A model generated the notes under the pieces. It saw only the letters and a list, made by a program, of their open reading frames with translations. It had not been told where the DNA came from and made no database searches. A stretch of 64,000 bases of DNA. Source: a virus. Numbering within the stretch: position 1 is the stretch's first letter; each line of letters starts with the position of its first letter. The DNA is taken from IMG/VR virus record IMGVR_UViG_3300050821_007016, positions 10,648 through 74,647 of that record; one strand, 5' to 3'. Made by a program: the position numbers and the translations under genes. Shown piece after piece: positions 63,435-64,000 of the stretch.

Positions 63435-64000
63435 TGGATTCTCACGGTCGTGACCGTGCTGTCCTTGGCGTTGCCGGACGAGTTGAACTTCATGACGCCA
63501 GTGGTGGCGCTAAGGTCCTTGCAGCTCATTCGGATGTTTCCGGCCGGGTTGGCCAGGACGCCGGACAGCGCCATTTGAGCCGGGATGTTGGCCCCAAGCC
63601 CCTGAATCTGGGTGGACGCGATGACCGTCGCGCCATCCCACAGCTTGCAGGCGAACGCCGCGATCGCCGCCGTGTCCAGCACGGTCACGCTGCCGGTGGC
63701 CAGCCACGTGCCGCCGGTGCCCTGCGCTGTGCTCGGGCCGTCGAAGTACAGCGAGGTGTTGTTGAGCGCCAGGTCGCCGCCGAGCGAGTTCGATAGGTTC
63801 GAGAGGTTGACCGCCAGCGTGCCGGTGCTGGTGATCGTCCCGCCGGAAAGCCCGACGCCGGCGGTGACGGCGGTGACGCCGGTCGCCGACGACCCCATCG
63901 CCTCGGCGGCCCACTTCGAGACGCCGTCGGTGAAGAGGTAGTAGGCGCCGTTGGTCGACGCGATCGTCACCACGGTGCCGCCGTTGACGGTGTCGGAGCC
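63431..64000 (-). CDS. Tail fibre protein (5' truncated by window edge)
   Basis: DTVNG...TDGVSKW...VTAVTAGVGLSGGTITSTGTLAV. Confidence 0.7.
   Translation of the reverse strand, partial: GSDTVNGGTVVTIASTNGAYYLFTDGVSKWAAEAMGSSATGVTAVTAGVGLSGGTITSTGTLAVNLSNLSNSLGGDLALNNTSLYFDGPSTAQGTGGTWLATGSVTVLDTAAIAAFACKLWDGATVIASTQIQGLGANIPAQMALSGVLANPAGNIRMSCKDLSATTGVMKFNSSGNAKDSTVTTVRIQ

Larger units (their letters stand above)
1..64000. mobile_element. Tailed bacteriophage genome segment (DUF1073 portal / DUF2213 / DUF2184 / DUF3383 myovirus-like), likely alphaproteobacterial host
   Basis: Continuous phage gene content (terminase, portal, capsid, sheath, lysis, recombination) and no host genes. Tail genes leave the left edge and tail-fibre genes enter at the right edge on the same strand. 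Confidence 0.95.

Overview
The whole window is a high-GC tailed-phage genome segment, probably most of a circularly permuted contractile-tailed (myovirus-like) genome. Several accessory proteins suggest a Rhizobiales/Bradyrhizobium-like host. No host housekeeping genes, rRNA, tRNA, CRISPR array, integrase or clear CI repressor are visible. Layout: (1) minus strand 47088->1 runs from a Cro-like HTH through RusA, two DNA methyltransferases, replication genes, HNH, TerS, a J-domain protein, TerL, a moron block, portal, MuF, DUF2213 protease/scaffold, cement, DUF2184 capsid, neck genes and a DUF3383 sheath that runs off the left edge. It is interrupted by a small + strand island (DUF932, DUF3489). 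(2) Plus strand 47208->57759 is an early/recombination operon (HIRAN, ERF, YqaJ exonuclease, ASCH, DUF5131). (3) Minus strand 64000->58162 carries tail fibre/spike and lysis genes. Most notable features: (a) a ~12 kb cassette (3425-15794) inserted between neck genes. It contains a methyltransferase-TPR-glycosyltransferase fusion with FlmG-like architecture, a 1323-aa protein with about 27 Pro-rich repeats, two Thr/Ser-rich proteins that both end in -SEW, and a beta-helix protein. I read it as a candidate glycosylated virion-appendage system. (b) A portal polyprotein carrying a T5orf172-like nuclease, a DUF3489-like wHTH and an R-S-E ADP-ribosyltransferase, bracketed by AxD motifs that may be protease sites. 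(c) A Tat-signal paralogue of a putative virion subunit. (d) A Thr/Gly-rich module inserted six times into four proteins of the morphogenesis region. (e) A dispersed TGGGGAAAAAAGT operator-like motif. All family calls come from motif recognition by eye; no database searches were run.
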